DNA of 64,000 nucleotides, from NCBI GenBank assembly GCA_964373815.1, contig CAYJWI010000001.1, positions 7,885 to 71,884 of the forward strand, read 5' to 3'. Both the position numbers and the translations under genes were made by a program. The notes beneath the pieces are model-generated. The model ran no database searches. It saw only the letters and a program-made list of their open reading frames with translations, and was not told where the DNA came from. Shown here piece after piece: positions 62,229 through 64,000 of this stretch (position 1 is its first letter; each line of letters starts with the position of its first letter). Origin of the DNA: an uncultured archaeon. Lineage in GTDB: Archaea > Iainarchaeota > Iainarchaeia > Iainarchaeales > Iainarchaeaceae.

Positions 62229-63472
62229 ATCCGCAACCTTGCTTGGGCCGCTTTTTTGTGCGCTTCCAACCCCTCGATTTCCGCGAGCCTTGAGGCTATC
62301 CAGACCATCCCCTTCGAACCTTTCCTCGTCACTTTCTGCCAAGTGAGCACTTTTACGAAGTCTTTCACGGAAAGCCCGCCAGTGTAACGCGCAGCCCCAT
62401 TAGTCGGCAGGACGTGGTTCGTTCCGCTGCAGTAATCGCCGAAGACTTCCCCGGAGTACTTGCCGATGAAAAGCGAGCCGTAATTATTCAGCCTGCCTGC
62501 CAGCTTCTCCGGCTCTCTCGTTTGCAGTTCTACGTGCTCGGGCGCCTTGCTGTTTGATATTTTTGCCGCCTCATCAAGGCTCCCTGCAAGTATTATCTCG
62601 CCGTTTTTGAGGGCCAGAGCAGCCGTTTCTCTCGTGCCGAGTTCTTTTAGCTGCACCTCAAGCTCGTAGTTTACTTTCTCTGCAAGCTCGCCCGATGTAG
62701 TAATCAAATACGGTTTGGCGTTTGTATCGTGCTCCGCCTGCGCCAGCAAATCAGCGGCAATAGTTTTCGCATTCCCAGTCCCATCTGCGATAATAAGCAC
62801 TTCACTAGGGCCTGCAAGGAAATCTATCCCGGCCGCCCCGTAAACCTCTTTTTTTGCCGCCGTTACAAACTTGTTTCCCGGCCCTACTATCTTGTCAACT
62901 CTTGGAATTGTTTCGGTCCCGTAAGCCATGGCGGCAATTGCCTGCGCCCCGCCGACGTTAAAAATCCTGTCAACGCCGGCAATGTCCGCTGCAACGATTG
63001 TCACGGGCTTGATTTTAGGCGAACAGACGATAATTTCCTTCACCCCTGCGATTTTTGCAGGGATGGCGCACATCAGCGCCGTTGAAGGCAGCGGGTATCT
63101 GCCTCCCGGAACATAGCATCCTGCCTTTTCCACTGGCACTATTTTCTGCCCGAGTGTTACTCCGCTTCTTTTTACTGTAAAGTTTTTCATTCCCTTTGCC
63201 TGTTCTTTGGCAAAGCAGCGGATATTTTTTGCAGCTTTTCTGAGCGCATTAATGGTTTGCCTGTCCACTTGCCCGTATGAGCGCTTGATTTGTTTGCGGG
63301 TTATTTCAAATGACTTTAACTCTGCCCCGTCAAACCTCTTCGTATATTTGCCCACAGCAGCATCGCCATTTTTCCTGACATCGCGGATTATCCCGCGCAC
63401 TAAATTTATTTCCTTTATTTCTTCATACCATGTATTTTCCACAGGCCGCCTGGCTGCTTTTACAATTTTCAT
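62225..63472 (-). CDS. hisD: histidinol dehydrogenase
   Basis: 415-aa ORF. GGRYPLPSTALM, LLAQAEHD and SGEVFGDYCSGTNHVLPT. Confidence 0.9.
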   Translation of the reverse strand: MKIVKAARRPVENTWYEEIKEINLVRGIIRDVRKNGDAAVGKYTKRFDGAELKSFEITRKQIKRSYGQVDRQTINALRKAAKNIRCFAKEQAKGMKNFTVKRSGVTLGQKIVPVEKAGCYVPGGRYPLPSTALMCAIPAKIAGVKEIIVCSPKIKPVTIVAADIAGVDRIFNVGGAQAIAAMAYGTETIPRVDKIVGPGNKFVTAAKKEVYGAAGIDFLAGPSEVLIIADGTGNAKTIAADLLAQAEHDTNAKPYLITTSGELAEKVNYELEVQLKELGTRETAALALKNGEIILAGSLDEAAKISNSKAPEHVELQTREPEKLAGRLNNYGSLFIGKYSGEVFGDYCSGTNHVLPTNGAARYTGGLSVKDFVKVLTWQKVTRKGSKGMVWIASRLAEIEGLEAHKKAAQARLRI

Positions 63473-64000
63473 TTTCTTCTCCCCCGCAGTTCATTTTTGA
63501 CTTCGTTTATCGTTACCCCGTTCTTGGCCATGAGGACCATCACGAAATATGCGAGATCCGCAATTTCCCATACGAGGTTCGCCCTGTCCTTGTAATACAC
63601 AACTTCCATTGCCTCTTCCCAGATTTTGGATTTCAACAGCTTTTCATCCGAAGAAAGCTTGGAGGTGTAAGAGCCTACCTGCGGATTCCTTATCCTATCG
63701 GCAATAACCCCGTATAGGTCGCCAAAGCCGAACCCCTTTTCCCCAAAACAGGAGTAGCCGCCAATATGGCATGCGTTGCCTTCCTGTTTTACTGTAAAGA
63801 GCAGCGTATCCCTGTCGCAGTCGTATCTCACTTTTATTATTTGCTGAAAATTCCCAGAGGTTGCACCTTTCTCCCACAGTTTTCCCCTCGACCTGCTGTA
63901 GTAATTCGCCTTTCCGGATTCAAAGGTATTCGAGAGGGATTGCTTGCTGGAAAACGCCATCATCAGGATTTGCCCGCAATCGTCCTGCACTATTGTGGGC
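63469..64000 (-). CDS. hisI: bifunctional phosphoribosyl-AMP cyclohydrolase / phosphoribosyl-ATP pyrophosphatase (5' end outside the window)
   Basis: HisI-like QDDCGQILMMAFSSKQSL..YYSRSRGKLWEKGATSGNFQ..DCDRDTLLFTV..GNACH, then the HisE-like tail. The frame is open to the window edge. Confidence 0.8.
   Translation of the reverse strand, partial: PTIVQDDCGQILMMAFSSKQSLSNTFESGKANYYSRSRGKLWEKGATSGNFQQIIKVRYDCDRDTLLFTVKQEGNACHIGGYSCFGEKGFGFGDLYGVIADRIRNPQVGSYTSKLSSDEKLLKSKIWEEAMEVVYYKDRANLVWEIADLAYFVMVLMAKNGVTINEVKNELRGRRK

Noticed and set aside
61433-62293. A 286-aa plus-strand ORF and a 212-aa minus-strand ORF overlapping the CDP-alcohol phosphatidyltransferase gene.
   Set aside because: The 61584..62228 frame carries the DGxxAR...G...D motif and TM helices. 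The others are R/P-rich shadow frames.

Overview
This window is archaeal chromosomal DNA. The evidence is a complete A1A0 ATP synthase operon in the order H-I-K-E-C-F-A-B-D, four tRNA genes (two with canonical-position introns), TrmB, HxlR and HTH-CBS regulators, and GGAGGTG-type ribosome-binding sites. I cannot place the lineage from sequence alone. Housekeeping genes present are argS, a membrane pyrophosphatase, rpe, an aminotransferase, metK, a YbaK-type deacylase, a CDP-alcohol phosphatidyltransferase, hisD and hisIE (hisIE runs off the window end). Five accessory regions stand out. (1) Two related mini-elements of 1.9 kb and 2.6 kb sit in tandem in the 3' end of tRNA-Ser(UGA). They are bounded by three direct copies of an 11-nt tRNA-derived core and share a 194-bp arm, and neither has a recognisable integrase. 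A decayed third element occupies the equivalent 11-nt position of tRNA-Ser(GGA). (2) An extracytoplasmic copper/thiol island at 8.3-16.6 kb carries a multicopper oxidase, a cupredoxin, a DsbA-like protein, a PCYCGC-like Cys-rich protein, three paralogous 4-TM proteins with an intramembrane CPxC motif, and an unannotated 44-aa peptide with 8 cysteines. (3) A four-gene operon at 36.8-45.5 kb encodes large Ig-like repeat surface proteins, one with a vWA/MIDAS domain, all sharing a TGF-like C-terminal anchor signal. (4) Selfish genetic elements are present: a 506-aa LAGLIDADG intein in the AtpA P-loop and a free-standing LAGLIDADG gene whose frame runs into the intron-containing tRNA-Leu. (5) A long RelA/SpoT homologue has a degenerate synthetase motif. 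All functional calls come from motif recognition by eye. No database searches or computations were run.
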